A DNA stretch of 64,000 nt from Candidatus Thorarchaeota archaeon. Lineage in GTDB: Archaea > Asgardarchaeota > Thorarchaeia > Thorarchaeales > Thorarchaeaceae. The stretch covers positions 19,177 to 83,176 of the forward strand of contig PRDH01000012.1 of the NCBI GenBank assembly GCA_003345545.1, given 5' to 3'. Numbering within the stretch: position 1 is the first letter of the stretch; every line of letters begins with the position of its first letter. Under the pieces are notes generated by a model. The model was not told the DNA's origin. It did not search any database and saw only the letters and a program-made list of their open reading frames with translations. Below, one piece after another: positions 29,202 to 39,322 of the stretch. The translations under genes were made by a program, and so were the position numbers.

Positions 29202-30221
29202 ATGGTGGGCTTGCTGCCTTCAGACCAACCTCGTGAAGTGATTCAACGGGCATCAGACACTACAAATCCGGAATACGGATTCCCCTCGCTTGATAATCTT
29301 CCAATCAAATACCTGCTTGAGAATGGAATCATAGTCCTTGACAAGCCAGCAGGACCGACCAGCCATGAGGTAGCAACATGGGTCAAGAAGATCCTCGAAG
29401 TAGACCGTGTCGGTCACGGAGGAACATTGGATCCCGGTGTGACCGGTATTCTTCCCACAGGCGTCGGCAATGCGACAAAGGCAATGCAGGCTCTCATCCC
29501 TGCTGGGAAGGAGTATGTCTGTGTCCTTGAACTCCATCACCCAACTCCAGAGGACGAGATACGGCGAGTGATCAGTGAGTTCGTAGGTAAGATCTACCAG
29601 AAACCTCCACTCAGGTCATCTGTGAAGCGAGTGACACGAGTTCGTGAGATATACTACAATGAGATTCTTGAGATCAGCGCAAGAATCGTTCTCTTTCGAG
29701 TTGGATGTCAAGCAGGAACCTACGTCAGAAAACTCTGTTTTGACATTGGCGAAGCGCTCGGTGTTGGAGGGCACATGAGAGAACTTCGTAGAACAAGGGT
29801 AGGAACATTCAGGGAGGACGAGCATTTATGCTCTCTATACGACCTCAAAGACGCCTACATCTTCTGGAAGGAGAATGGTGAAGAGCAGCTCCTTCGCAGG
29901 TACCTGCTGCCAACAGAGTTCGCCTTGGGCCATTTGCCATTCATACAGATACGAGACTCTGCTGTTGATGCAATATGCCACGGTGCTGATCTTGCTGCTA
30001 CAGGAGTTGTCAGATTGAACACGGGCATCAAGAATGGAGACCTCTCACTCATCAAGACCTTGAAGGGGGAAGCCGTTGCGCTTGCAAAGAGTAATGACAC
30101 TAGTGAGAGGATTGCAAAGGCCAAGAGTGGAATAGTGGCTACTAGTGAGCGTGTCTTGATGGTCAGAGGGAGATATCCTCAGATGTGGAAGAAACACTCT
30201 GAGGATGAGCGAAACTTGTGA
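29202..30221 (+). CDS. cbf5: H/ACA RNA-guided pseudouridine synthase Cbf5
   Basis: DKPAGPTSH, GHGGTLDP, GTYVRKL, C-terminal PUA domain. Confidence 0.96.
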   Translation: MVGLLPSDQPREVIQRASDTTNPEYGFPSLDNLPIKYLLENGIIVLDKPAGPTSHEVATWVKKILEVDRVGHGGTLDPGVTGILPTGVGNATKAMQALIPAGKEYVCVLELHHPTPEDEIRRVISEFVGKIYQKPPLRSSVKRVTRVREIYYNEILEISARIVLFRVGCQAGTYVRKLCFDIGEALGVGGHMRELRRTRVGTFREDEHLCSLYDLKDAYIFWKENGEEQLLRRYLLPTEFALGHLPFIQIRDSAVDAICHGADLAATGVVRLNTGIKNGDLSLIKTLKGEAVALAKSNDTSERIAKAKSGIVATSERVLMVRGRYPQMWKKHSEDERNL

Positions 30222-30258
30222 GATTAGCCATCTTTTTATGAGTTGATTCATAGAGGAA

Positions 30259-30618
30259 GATGTAGCTCCGGAGCAGAAGCGCAACTGACGGTACTCATCC
30301 TTCGGGGTGAGAGCTGAGGAAACTCCCGACTCGTGTCGGCGTCAGTCCAACGAAAGAAGGGAGGCGAGAGCCTCGCTCTGGGAACAGAAACGACACCCCC
30401 GTTCGGGATGTGACAATGATACAGACTCGAATCTGTCGAGGACTCGTACGGACAGGTTGAAACGGCCCATCACTGGTTGAGCAATTCCAAGAATACACTG
30501 TTGACGTGTCGACCTGAGGTGTAGGGTAGGAAGCTTAGTTTGATGTTGCAAGATCCCAGGCAGGCAACTGTCTGGGGTGGAACAGAATCGGGGTCACTCT
30601 CTGGACCGGAGCTACATC
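30259..30618 (+). ncRNA. rnpB: RNase P RNA
   Basis: 13-bp terminal helix GATGTAGCTCCGG/CCGGAGCTACATC; CR-I GAGGAAACTCC, ACAGAAA, TGAAACG, GAGCAA and CR-V ACAGAATCGGGG. Confidence 0.95.
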
Positions 30619-30625
30619 ATATCAA

Positions 30626-31153
30626 TCATCGATTTTGTAGTTCCATGTACTCTTTCTGTATTTCTATAACCTCCCTGCTTGTACTGCATTTTGAATATGC
30701 TTCCAAGAACTCGTGATTCAATGTTATGAAGGCCGACCCCCATTTGAAGATAGACATAATGTCTTCAGCCTCTTCCTTGAAACCAGCAATATAGAGCGCT
30801 GCAGCCACAGCCTCAGCAGTTGACAACTTGATTGGTTTGTAGGTGTTGACTGGATTCGCAGCGAGGAGGTAAGGTAATGCTCTCTGGATACCTGATTGCG
30901 AGCTCGCGAATATCTCTTCAGCCTTTTTCCACGAACAGTCAAGTGCGACAAGACCTGAACGCAGAACAGGATTCCTGTCTGCCCCTGAAAAGGCGACCTC
31001 AGAGACCGGGTTGAGCACAACACTCCCAACAGATATCTGGTTCATGCTCTTGAGTATCTGAGCCCTCTTCATTCTGATGAGCCGTGTCCCAGTGCATTTC
31101 TTTGGATCACACTGATCAGCGTGATAGATGAGAACTCTCGGTCGTGCGGTCAC
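30626..31153 (-). CDS. tsr3: rRNA aminocarboxypropyltransferase Tsr3 (DUF367)
   Basis: QCDPKKCTG, LDCSW, RALPYLLAANPVN, LSTAEA, FKWG; GTG start with GGTGA SD (ORF track overextends to 31414). Confidence 0.93.
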   Translation of the reverse strand: MTARPRVLIYHADQCDPKKCTGTRLIRMKRAQILKSMNQISVGSVVLNPVSEVAFSGADRNPVLRSGLVALDCSWKKAEEIFASSQSGIQRALPYLLAANPVNTYKPIKLSTAEAVAAALYIAGFKEEAEDIMSIFKWGSAFITLNHEFLEAYSKCSTSREVIEIQKEYMELQNR

Positions 31154-31233
31154 ACTTGATTCACCAATCGTATCATCCAAAAGGGTAAAGGATTTCTGTG
31201 TTGTCATAGGCCTAAACAAGAGGTAATGCTGAA

Positions 31234-31506
31234 GTGTACCATGTAGCTGCATCCTCATGCGAGATCTGCGGTGAGGATGAGATGCATCTTGTCTCCTGCA
31301 AGATGTGTGGGGCATATGTCTGTCCTCAATGCGTGACCCACGATACTCAACTATGTCTGAACTGTGTTGAAGCCAGATGCCAGATCTGTGGTGAGTACCT
31401 GGCCTCACGGGCATGCAATATCTGCGGCAGACTTGTCTGTGAGGACCATGGAATGAAAGTGGATGAGTCTACAATATGTGATTACTGTCGGAAGAGAGAG
31501 GCATGA
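31234..31506 (+). CDS. Small tandem double-zinc-finger protein
   Basis: Eight CxxC/CxxH pairs in two repeats; stop overlaps the tiaS start. Confidence 0.75.
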   Translation: MYHVAASSCEICGEDEMHLVSCKMCGAYVCPQCVTHDTQLCLNCVEARCQICGEYLASRACNICGRLVCEDHGMKVDESTICDYCRKREA

Positions 31507-32837
31507 GGCTACAAGAGATCCACATCGGTCTTGACGACATTGACAGTCCAAAGGGAGGCTGCACTACACACTTTGCAAGCCTCCTTGTTGAACAGCTCTC
31601 ACGCCAATCAATCAAGTGGATAGACTACCCTAGACTGATCCGATTGAATCCTGGTATTCCGTTCAGGACACGGGGCAATGGTGCCGTGGCACTTCAGTTG
31701 CTCTTTGATACTAGCAGGATTAGCGACCTGATAGAACAGATTGAACAGATGGTCCACAACTATGTTGATGAAACCTATCCCAATACGAACCCTGGTGCCG
31801 TCATTGTCACAGGAGAGATTCCTGATAGCGTGCAGCTACTGTCACAGCAGGCATTGTGGCGCATGATCCCGATAGAACTAGCACAGAGGCTAGTGGAGAG
31901 ATATGACATAGTCCACTACAAAGGGGGCAACGGGAGAGGACTGATTGGAGCTCTGGCATCTGTTGGAAACGCCCTTGAGCATGACCACACGTACGAGTTC
32001 ATTGCCTATCGTTCAATGGACCAATCTGGATTCAAGAGAGGAGTTGAACCCGAGTCTGTACTCGAAATGGTGGAGAGAATGAAAGACAGGGTGTTCTCGA
32101 ATATCGACCCTGATGAGGGGAGAGTCCTAATCGAACCTCACGGTCCGGACCCCGTAATCTATGGAATCCGGGGAGAAGCGGCAACTGATGTCATTGAAGC
32201 GGCAGGACTCGTAAGGAGCAAGCAAGATGTCGACAGATGGATGGTGTTCAGAAGCAACCAGGCCACTGCTGAGCATCTTACGCATACCATGACGATTCGT
32301 GACCTGAGACCGTACATGGCCTGCCTTGTCCATGGACGCGTAGAGAGTCGCCCAAGGATAATGGAGGGAGGTCATGTCTTCTTCGAACTTGGAAATGATG
32401 ATGAGAGAATTGACTGCGCGGCATACGAGCCCACTCGGGGCTTTAGAGAGATTGTCAGGGGGCTTCGTGTTGGTGATGAGATCTGTGTGCATGCGAATGT
32501 CAAGCCGAGGTCAAGAACGCATGGCCTCACGCTCAATATCGAAGGCCTTGAGATTCTCAACCTTGGGCCTGATGTCTTGTTAGTGAATCCAGACTGCCCT
32601 CACTGTCTGAAGCGGATGAAGAGTGCAGGAAGCGGGAAAGGCTTCAAGTGTTTCAGATGTGGCTTTAAGGACCGGAATGCAGCGAAGGTCGAGAAGAGGG
32701 CAGAGAGAACCATCAAGGAGGGGCTTCACCTCCCACCCCTCAGCGCGCAGAGACATCTCACTCGACCTCTTGCCAGGATTAATCGTTCGAACTCAGGAAG
32801 ACCAGAGCATCTTGTCAGCAAATGGCATAGTCACTGA
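31503..32837 (+). CDS. tiaS: tRNA(Ile2) agmatinylcytidine synthetase
   Basis: IGLDDIDS..GGCTTH, RLNP.IP.RTRGNGA, GRGLIGALA, OB fold, Zn ribbon, RHLTRP. Confidence 0.95.
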   Translation: MRLQEIHIGLDDIDSPKGGCTTHFASLLVEQLSRQSIKWIDYPRLIRLNPGIPFRTRGNGAVALQLLFDTSRISDLIEQIEQMVHNYVDETYPNTNPGAVIVTGEIPDSVQLLSQQALWRMIPIELAQRLVERYDIVHYKGGNGRGLIGALASVGNALEHDHTYEFIAYRSMDQSGFKRGVEPESVLEMVERMKDRVFSNIDPDEGRVLIEPHGPDPVIYGIRGEAATDVIEAAGLVRSKQDVDRWMVFRSNQATAEHLTHTMTIRDLRPYMACLVHGRVESRPRIMEGGHVFFELGNDDERIDCAAYEPTRGFREIVRGLRVGDEICVHANVKPRSRTHGLTLNIEGLEILNLGPDVLLVNPDCPHCLKRMKSAGSGKGFKCFRCGFKDRNAAKVEKRAERTIKEGLHLPPLSAQRHLTRPLARINRSNSGRPEHLVSKWHSH

Positions 32838-32875
32838 ATAATCTGTCAAATGCACAGAATAGGAAGCGTTTGAAA

Positions 32876-33277
32876 CTACACACGTCTGCCACGACGACCT
32901 CCAGCTTTTCTGGTTCCATCGTGTGGCATAGGAGTGACCTCATCAATGATACCGATCCTAAGACCAGCCCTGCTGAGCGCACGAATGGCTGCCTGAGCAC
33001 CGGGACCTGGAGTCTTTGGACCAGAGCCACCCGGAGCTCTGACGCGAATATGAATGCCGTAGACACCCTTGTCCTTTGCCTCTCTGGCCGCCTGAAATGC
33101 TGCCTGCATGGCAGCGTGCGGTGAGGACTCGTTCCTGTCAGCCTTGACCATCATACCACCAGTATGTCGTGCCAAGGTTTCTGCACCAGAGATATCAGTG
33201 ATGTGAACGATGGTGTCGTTGTATGACGCAAAGATATGCGCGACGCCCCACTTGTCTCTCTTCTCTTCCTTACTCAA
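32876..33277 (-). CDS. rps11: 30S ribosomal protein uS11
   Basis: [33 protein letters not shown]; probable TTG start overlapping the uS4 stop. Confidence 0.97.
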   Translation of the reverse strand: MSKEEKRDKWGVAHIFASYNDTIVHITDISGAETLARHTGGMMVKADRNESSPHAAMQAAFQAAREAKDKGVYGIHIRVRAPGGSGPKTPGPGAQAAIRALSRAGLRIGIIDEVTPMPHDGTRKAGGRRGRRV

Positions 33278-33932
33278 GTTCTTCATCTCCTGAAACATCA
33301 TCAGGTTCGTTTCTCAGCGGCTCTCTCTCATCTACAGATTCCATCGAAACAAGTCGTCGTCTTGGGCGTTCTTCGTCGATCTCCTCAGGAACCGCAGTGA
33401 TTCTTGTCGCTGCGTCTGAGGCAGCGATTCTTGCTGGGTGGGACTGATCATTCAATGCAGACTTTGTAGTATATGTGATGTGCTCCTCTTCTGCGGTGGT
33501 GATCAATCGTGCAGGTGTTGTCACACGGCGGTCGTTCAGTCCAATATGACCGTGGGTCACTAACTGCCTAGCATGATGCATGGAGGCTGCTAGACCCTTT
33601 CGAAAGACGATTGTCTGGAGTCTACGTTCGAGAACTTTCTCGAGTGTCAGGTTCAAAACATTATCAAGAGTCAAATCACCAGAAAGGATGCCAAGTCTGC
33701 TGAGCTTATCAACAAGCTCTCTCTCATCATGGGCTCTCTCTGAGGGAGGTAGTGCTAGGAGATACCTTGCCGTTCTGCGGTAATGAGAAAGTTCTGTCCT
33801 ATGAATCCAGATCTCTTTCTTGTTCCGTAGGCCAAAAGTACCAATCAATTGAAGCTCCTGTTCAAATCTATCTGTGTCGAAGGGACGCTTCGGCATTACG
33901 TACTTCTTGCTCTGGAATCGTATATCTCCCAT
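33270..33932 (-). CDS. rps4: 30S ribosomal protein uS4
   Basis: [26 protein letters not shown]. Confidence 0.97.
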   Translation of the reverse strand: MGDIRFQSKKYVMPKRPFDTDRFEQELQLIGTFGLRNKKEIWIHRTELSHYRRTARYLLALPPSERAHDERELVDKLSRLGILSGDLTLDNVLNLTLEKVLERRLQTIVFRKGLAASMHHARQLVTHGHIGLNDRRVTTPARLITTAEEEHITYTTKSALNDQSHPARIAASDAATRITAVPEEIDEERPRRRLVSMESVDEREPLRNEPDDVSGDEELE

Positions 33933-33935
33933 CTC

Positions 33936-34394
33936 TCATGCCGCCTTTACTTCTTTCCTTGACACACCGACTGCTACGCCACCACGACCAGTCGTTCTGG
34001 TGTGTTGGCCCCTTACCTTAAGACCAGCTGCGTGTCTTGTGCCTCGCCATGATTTGATCCTGCGGAGTCTGTCAATATCGTTTCTGCTGGCAAAATCAAG
34101 GTCAGAACCAGTCAAATGCAGCATTCTGCCACTCATTCTGTCTCTCGGGCGGTTTAAGAACCAGTCAGGAAAACCTGCCGCCAGAGGATCACGAAGAACG
34201 GTTTCTACCGCCTTAATGTTCTCATCCGAAATGTATCCGAGTCTGTCATTGGGATCCATTCCAAGATGTGCTAGAATGGTCCTGGACATTCGGAGACCAA
34301 CACCCATGATATGGGTTAGCCCCTGAAGCAGGCTCTCTTGGCCGTCAATGTCGGATCCACCTATACGAACAATATGCTTGTAGTCTTCAGACAC
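33936..34394 (-). CDS. rps13: 30S ribosomal protein uS13
   Basis: I.GVG, PDWFLNR, GLKVRGQHTRTTGR. Confidence 0.97.
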   Translation of the reverse strand: MSEDYKHIVRIGGSDIDGQESLLQGLTHIMGVGLRMSRTILAHLGMDPNDRLGYISDENIKAVETVLRDPLAAGFPDWFLNRPRDRMSGRMLHLTGSDLDFASRNDIDRLRRIKSWRGTRHAAGLKVRGQHTRTTGRGGVAVGVSRKEVKAA

Positions 34395-34513
34395 GGTCTG
34401 TTACCTCATTCTGACTGGATTTGGCTAGTTCCGCTCTTTTGGATTCCTTATAACCATTGCCATAGAGAACCGATTCTTGAAGGTCCTCTTAGCCCTCAGT
34501 AAGGACTCATCTC

Positions 34514-34918
34514 ATGGGGACACACGTGTCATACGAACCTACCCTTACGCCCAGTATTAAATCGAGTATCTCAGCCCTTCTAAAAGAGACCATCCTTGAG
34601 AGTTGCAGCAGACAAGAGGGAAGAGGACGAAGGAGCGTTCTCATCTCCAGCAACAGCTTAGCTAGCAGGATCGTATATCTTCGCTGGGGAATCAGGCCAT
34701 CGCAGCGCAGACAATACAGAAACCTATTCTCTGAAGTGAGAGAACAGTGCCGCGAGCTCTTCCGGTACTATGTCAATCAGGGAGAAGTTGTCAGCCAGAA
34801 GGAAGGAACAGAGTATAGATACGGAGTCTACAAGTTCGATGAGGTTCGTGGAAACCTGATTCTGGGGATTGTATATGTTGATGCGGACTCACCTTTTCTG
34901 CCAAAGCCCTCGAACTAG
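34514..34918 (+). CDS. Hypothetical protein
   Basis: 134-aa ORF filling the space between uS13 and the GTPase; no motif recognised. Confidence 0.6.
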   Translation: MGTHVSYEPTLTPSIKSSISALLKETILESCSRQEGRGRRSVLISSNSLASRIVYLRWGIRPSQRRQYRNLFSEVREQCRELFRYYVNQGEVVSQKEGTEYRYGVYKFDEVRGNLILGIVYVDADSPFLPKPSN

Positions 34919-35451
34919 GCGGGATTGAAACGAAGCAGGGCATCTGGTGAGATGTCCGGGACCTCTAGTCCAAAGGGCTCGCATAGCAGATGCACCAGAC
35001 TTCTGAGCAGGTTTGTTCGATATGCTAAGTCTACAGCGACTATGGAATGCACATCAGCTCCAATGACCTTGCCAATGGCAGACGGGTCTAGAGCATTCGG
35101 GAGCTCTTGTTTGTTTGCAAACGCTCTGATTGGAAGCTTGGGATAGTCCTGCTGAATCTTCGCCATGATTCCTTTTGATATGACTAGGTTTCTTGGCGTG
35201 GAATCAGATATGAGAAAGGCAACATCAGCTCTGCTAAAGTCCCACAGTTTTTGGGACTGCAATTGCCCTCCGAAATCAAGTATCATGATATCGTAGTTAG
35301 CAAAACGGATGTTGGGGAGAACCTCCGTATTGAGCAAGACAGTAGGAAGATGCTCCTCAGGAGGCGGCGTTTCCATGAGGAGATGAAGAATCGAGGTCTT
35401 TCCTACGCCACTCTCACCGACCAATGCAATGACAAAATGTGATGTGGCCAT
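34915..35451 (-). CDS. Small Ras-superfamily (Arf-like) GTPase
   Basis: G1 GESGVGKT, G2 PT, G3 DFGGQ, G4 ANKQE. Confidence 0.88.
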   Translation of the reverse strand: MATSHFVIALVGESGVGKTSILHLLMETPPPEEHLPTVLLNTEVLPNIRFANYDIMILDFGGQLQSQKLWDFSRADVAFLISDSTPRNLVISKGIMAKIQQDYPKLPIRAFANKQELPNALDPSAIGKVIGADVHSIVAVDLAYRTNLLRSLVHLLCEPFGLEVPDISPDALLRFNPA

Positions 35452-36219
35452 GGGATCGACAATCCCAGAGAAATTCGTCCGAATATGGCTCGCGGACATC
35501 ACGCCAGTGATTCCTCGAAGGATGCGCGCGACACTGTTGATTCTTTTGGTGATCTCATCGTCGGACTCCGCAAATCGGTGGAGAAACTATCAGACTACTG
35601 TCTCCGCACTCACGACCGAAGAACTTCAAGTCATCAATCGCAGTTGACTTGTACTTGAGCCGTTCTGGACTTCTCTGCCATTTCGGCCGGACTTGAGAGA
35701 TACCTATTCAGTTGTGCTCGTGATAGTCTATTGCTCCAATAATTAAGAGAAGCAATCCTGCATCGATTAGCGGCATTGACTACGACGACGCTATAGATCA
35801 TGGTGCGTACCTCTCAGTGGATTCAAAGATAAATCATCAATATGAGAGCAAGTATTGACAATACAGATGAGAGCGCAGTGAGTACTCGCACTCTTAGAGC
35901 ATATTCTGATGACGCAACAATCTTCTCGCTCACAGACCTTCTTTCCCATCTATGTCAGCAGGCCAAGGAGAAACCCGGTATTAGTCTGACGACTATTATT
36001 CATTCCCTGCAATAGAAGACGCCATTTTCTCTTTTGCGTGGTGTCTTCATATGGCTCTCTGACGAGGCTGAACTCAGTGAGGAACAGACTGAGTTCTTAG
36101 CAAGATCTAGGCCATGAAATACGGTGATACTGGTTTGAAACACAATATCGTGCTGCGAGTCGGTATCCTTTTGAGCGTGTGAGGGTCTTGAAATAGCGTT
36201 CGAAGGGCGGCGTTGTCGT

Positions 36220-37809
36220 ATGACTGAAGCTCAGGGACAAGGTGGCAGAGGCCATTCTAGACTCGGATGGCTTACTCTTCTTGTAGTGCTTGTCGTGTTA
36301 CTTGGTTCCGCTGAGGCGCCTACTGGTGCATATGGCGCGAACGACTTGACAGATGCAACCACGCATAGCAGAGTTGCCCTTACCTCCACCGAAAACAGAA
36401 TAGCTCTAGTCAAGCCCATTTTTTCTGCGACTGCCTACTCAGCCGCTTTCTATCAATTCTACTATACGTACGACTCGGTACCTCCAGGGGAGTATGTTAC
36501 AACTAACCTCGGACTCTTGAACAGAACAGTGGTTGATGACTGGGGGTGGAGCAGGCGACTCAGTACATGGTTTGAGAGTGACACAGCTCGCTCTCTGCAC
36601 CTGATTCTCGGAGAGACTGTGACGCTCATCAACGAAATCGACGTGGACGGTGGTGCGCTCTTTCACGATGGTGTGAGGTCGTATGATGTCCTGATACTCG
36701 GGTTTACCGAGTATGTCACAGAGAGGGAGTACCTCTACTATAAGCAATTCGTGGCGTCAGGAGGCACACTGATCATACTGGATGCCTGCAACTTCCTCGC
36801 CGAAGTTGCATATTCCAACGGCTATCTAAGCCTAACCAAGGGACACGGGTGGGAATTCAACGGAACCCATGCTTGGAAGTCCGCCTACCACAGGTGGTAC
36901 GAAGACAATAGGAATTGGGTTGGTAGCAACTTCTGGAAATATTGGATCGGCACACACTATAATGGCATCAGAGTAAACACAACAAATGTTCTCAGCAACT
37001 TCATCAAAACTACGTTGGGTGAGAACATATCGACGACTTACCCCGGCCATGAAGAGAACTCTCTACAAAACCGGACAGCGACAGACATTATCGGTTACTG
37101 GAATTTTATCGACCCCAGTGAAAGCCCTGACAATCCTGTAGTAGCTTATATGCACAGATACGGAAATGGAATGGTCATACATTCGGGGATAATGGCAAGC
37201 GATGTGATTCTCTCTGATTCATTCCTCAAAGTGTTCCTTGCCGCTTCTATAAGGTTTGGTCTCGCCGGAGAAATCGGTCAATGGAAGTACCCCGAACCGT
37301 TAGTTTCGCCAGACGACTTTGTAGAATCTACAATAGCAATGTATGAAAAGTATGGAGGGCCAATTTCCGGAGCGCTTTCTGGTTTGGTCTACTGTGACAT
37401 CAGTTTCAACGTGACGACAGATATTCTCCGGAGCGGCTATCGATGCAACCTTGAATCTGTGACGGGATACCTGACCAAACAGGCCGATATAGAGGGGCAA
37501 GCATTGCTTGAATCCGTCTTGGAGGCTCGGGCCGTGAACGACACTTACTGGCGATTGGACATAAACACATATCTGTTCACGAATGGAAACCACAGGCTAG
37601 CGATTGACGCAACATGGAAGGCGGTTGGGTGTTCGAATTTGGCGAACGAGTCCATAGGAGCCTTGTATCTCACTGTTCAAAACAGTTGGTGGATGTCGAT
37701 ACTCCCATGGGCTTTGCCTCTAGGTGCCGCAATATGTGCGGCTGTTGTCACAGTCATATACATGCAGTTCAACAGGATGAAACTCCGAAGGTCTTTCGTT
37801 CCAAACTAG
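36220..37809 (+). CDS. Secreted, C-terminally anchored protein with DMF-amidase beta/GATase1-like domain
   Basis: N-terminal signal/TM, P..TAY, YDVLILGFTEYVT...FVASGGTLIIL..N, C-terminal TM plus basic tail. Confidence 0.7.
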   Translation: MTEAQGQGGRGHSRLGWLTLLVVLVVLLGSAEAPTGAYGANDLTDATTHSRVALTSTENRIALVKPIFSATAYSAAFYQFYYTYDSVPPGEYVTTNLGLLNRTVVDDWGWSRRLSTWFESDTARSLHLILGETVTLINEIDVDGGALFHDGVRSYDVLILGFTEYVTEREYLYYKQFVASGGTLIILDACNFLAEVAYSNGYLSLTKGHGWEFNGTHAWKSAYHRWYEDNRNWVGSNFWKYWIGTHYNGIRVNTTNVLSNFIKTTLGENISTTYPGHEENSLQNRTATDIIGYWNFIDPSESPDNPVVAYMHRYGNGMVIHSGIMASDVILSDSFLKVFLAASIRFGLAGEIGQWKYPEPLVSPDDFVESTIAMYEKYGGPISGALSGLVYCDISFNVTTDILRSGYRCNLESVTGYLTKQADIEGQALLESVLEARAVNDTYWRLDINTYLFTNGNHRLAIDATWKAVGCSNLANESIGALYLTVQNSWWMSILPWALPLGAAICAAVVTVIYMQFNRMKLRRSFVPN

Positions 37810-37992
37810 TCCTGCCCGACTGCCAATGCTTCAGGATTCTGCGCGAATTACGGCTTCAGTGAAGACATCACTTAGTTGAGTTGATGGGGCACTCAACATA
37901 ACCTAGACAGTGAAAGCTTCTGGATTGAGAGGTTTTTCACGCTCAGCACAGCTAAGCACACTTCCTCTACTTCTGCACTTGATGGAAGAGAA

Positions 37993-38110
37993 TGGCGCCC
38001 GGAATGAGACTCGAACTCATGCCTCCCAAAGGGAGAGCAGCTGCCTGTCGGGCTGTAATAAATACGCTATCAGCTCCAGGCTGCCGCCATAGCCACTAGG
38101 CTATCCGGGC
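37993..38110 (-). tRNA. tRNA-Ser(GGA) with 31-nt intron at 37/38 (intron 38043-38073), CCA encoded
   Basis: Acceptor GCCCGGA/TCCGGGC, anticodon stem GCAGC/GCTGC with CT-GGA-G, long variable arm, TTCGAGT T-loop, G73. Confidence 0.92.
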
Positions 38111-38189
38111 TTGCAGCCTGTAGATTCTGCAGTCCTTTTCATCTTTTCCCTGCGCCTATGTTCGAGCCTGCACACAGGAATCCGTTCTC

Positions 38190-39245
38190 TCAAGGGGCGT
38201 GCAATTGGCCCGGAGTACCGGAGTAGGACATCTCACCTACGTAGCTAATTCCCATCATGTCCCGGACTCTATCAGGCTCACGAGTATGGCCTAGTACCCA
38301 TGCGAGTTTCACTAGCGCAGCTTCAGAGGTCATATCATAGGCGCTCATGGCACCAACATCCATGGCAGCGTGGCCGACCTCATAGACTGACAGGTCAGCT
38401 TGCCCAAAGGCACATTGTGAACTGACTACTACAAAGCAACCTTGATCCATTGCCTGTAGGATTCCACCTGTTAGAGCATTCTCGTCAGTGGGAATGTTGC
38501 CCGATCCAAAGCCCTCAATCACAATCCCGTGATAACCCATATCGATTATCTTGGCAAGCGCCTGCGGGGGAAGCCCAGGGAACACTTTCAACAAGAAGAC
38601 TCGATCATCGAGTCGTGTGTCAAAGCGAGGAATAAGACTCATGTTACGCCTAATGCGGCCCTCGTAGAGTACAATATCCCTCGCTAGAATGCCAGTTGGT
38701 GATGGGTCCATGGAGTCGAAGGCATCGTAAGAATTCACCCGAACCTTCTTTGCTCTGGTAGCACGATGTATCTCACCATTGAATACAATGACAGTTTCGC
38801 CAAGATCACCGAAAGCGGCGACTCGCATTGCATCCAAGAGATTCCTTGGACCGTCGCTCCAAGGTATACTGGCAGGTATCTGAGCGCCAGTAAAGACTAT
38901 AGGTTTTCCAAAGTTCTGAATCATGAAACTGACGGCGGCAGAGGAGTAGGTCATCGTGTCGGTTCCATGAGAAACAACAATGCCGCGGAGATCCTTGATC
39001 TCCTCACTCACTTGCTTGATAGCACCAGCAAGTGTCTGCCAATGGTGGGGCTGTGCATTTGCAGAGTCAAGTTGAAAAAGCTCTCTCTTGATGACTTCAA
39101 TATTGCGCAGGCCTTTGGGTAGTCTCTCAAGCAGCTCATCTACTGCAAGACCTGGACGAAGAGCCTGTGTTCGCTCGTCATAGATACTTGAGATTGTGCC
39201 GCCTGTGGTCATCAGACAGATTTTTGCTGTTTCTTCAGTGGTCAT
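38190..39245 (-). CDS. ansA: L-asparaginase type I
   Basis: TGGTISS, HGTDTM, TGAQ, G.GN, DMT.EAALVKLAW. Confidence 0.92.
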   Translation of the reverse strand: MTTEETAKICLMTTGGTISSIYDERTQALRPGLAVDELLERLPKGLRNIEVIKRELFQLDSANAQPHHWQTLAGAIKQVSEEIKDLRGIVVSHGTDTMTYSSAAVSFMIQNFGKPIVFTGAQIPASIPWSDGPRNLLDAMRVAAFGDLGETVIVFNGEIHRATRAKKVRVNSYDAFDSMDPSPTGILARDIVLYEGRIRRNMSLIPRFDTRLDDRVFLLKVFPGLPPQALAKIIDMGYHGIVIEGFGSGNIPTDENALTGGILQAMDQGCFVVVSSQCAFGQADLSVYEVGHAAMDVGAMSAYDMTSEAALVKLAWVLGHTREPDRVRDMMGISYVGEMSYSGTPGQLHAP

Positions 39246-39322
39246 GATGCATCCTCCAACCTAGAGTCACACTAGCAGATTTATTCATATTGTGATATAG
39301 TTCACTAGGTAGATGACCAAGA

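Noticed and set aside
31154-31414. Long N-terminal extension of Tsr3 in the ORF track
   Set aside because: It overlaps the opposite-strand Zn-finger gene; a GTG with GGTGA SD at 31153 matches the normal Tsr3 start.
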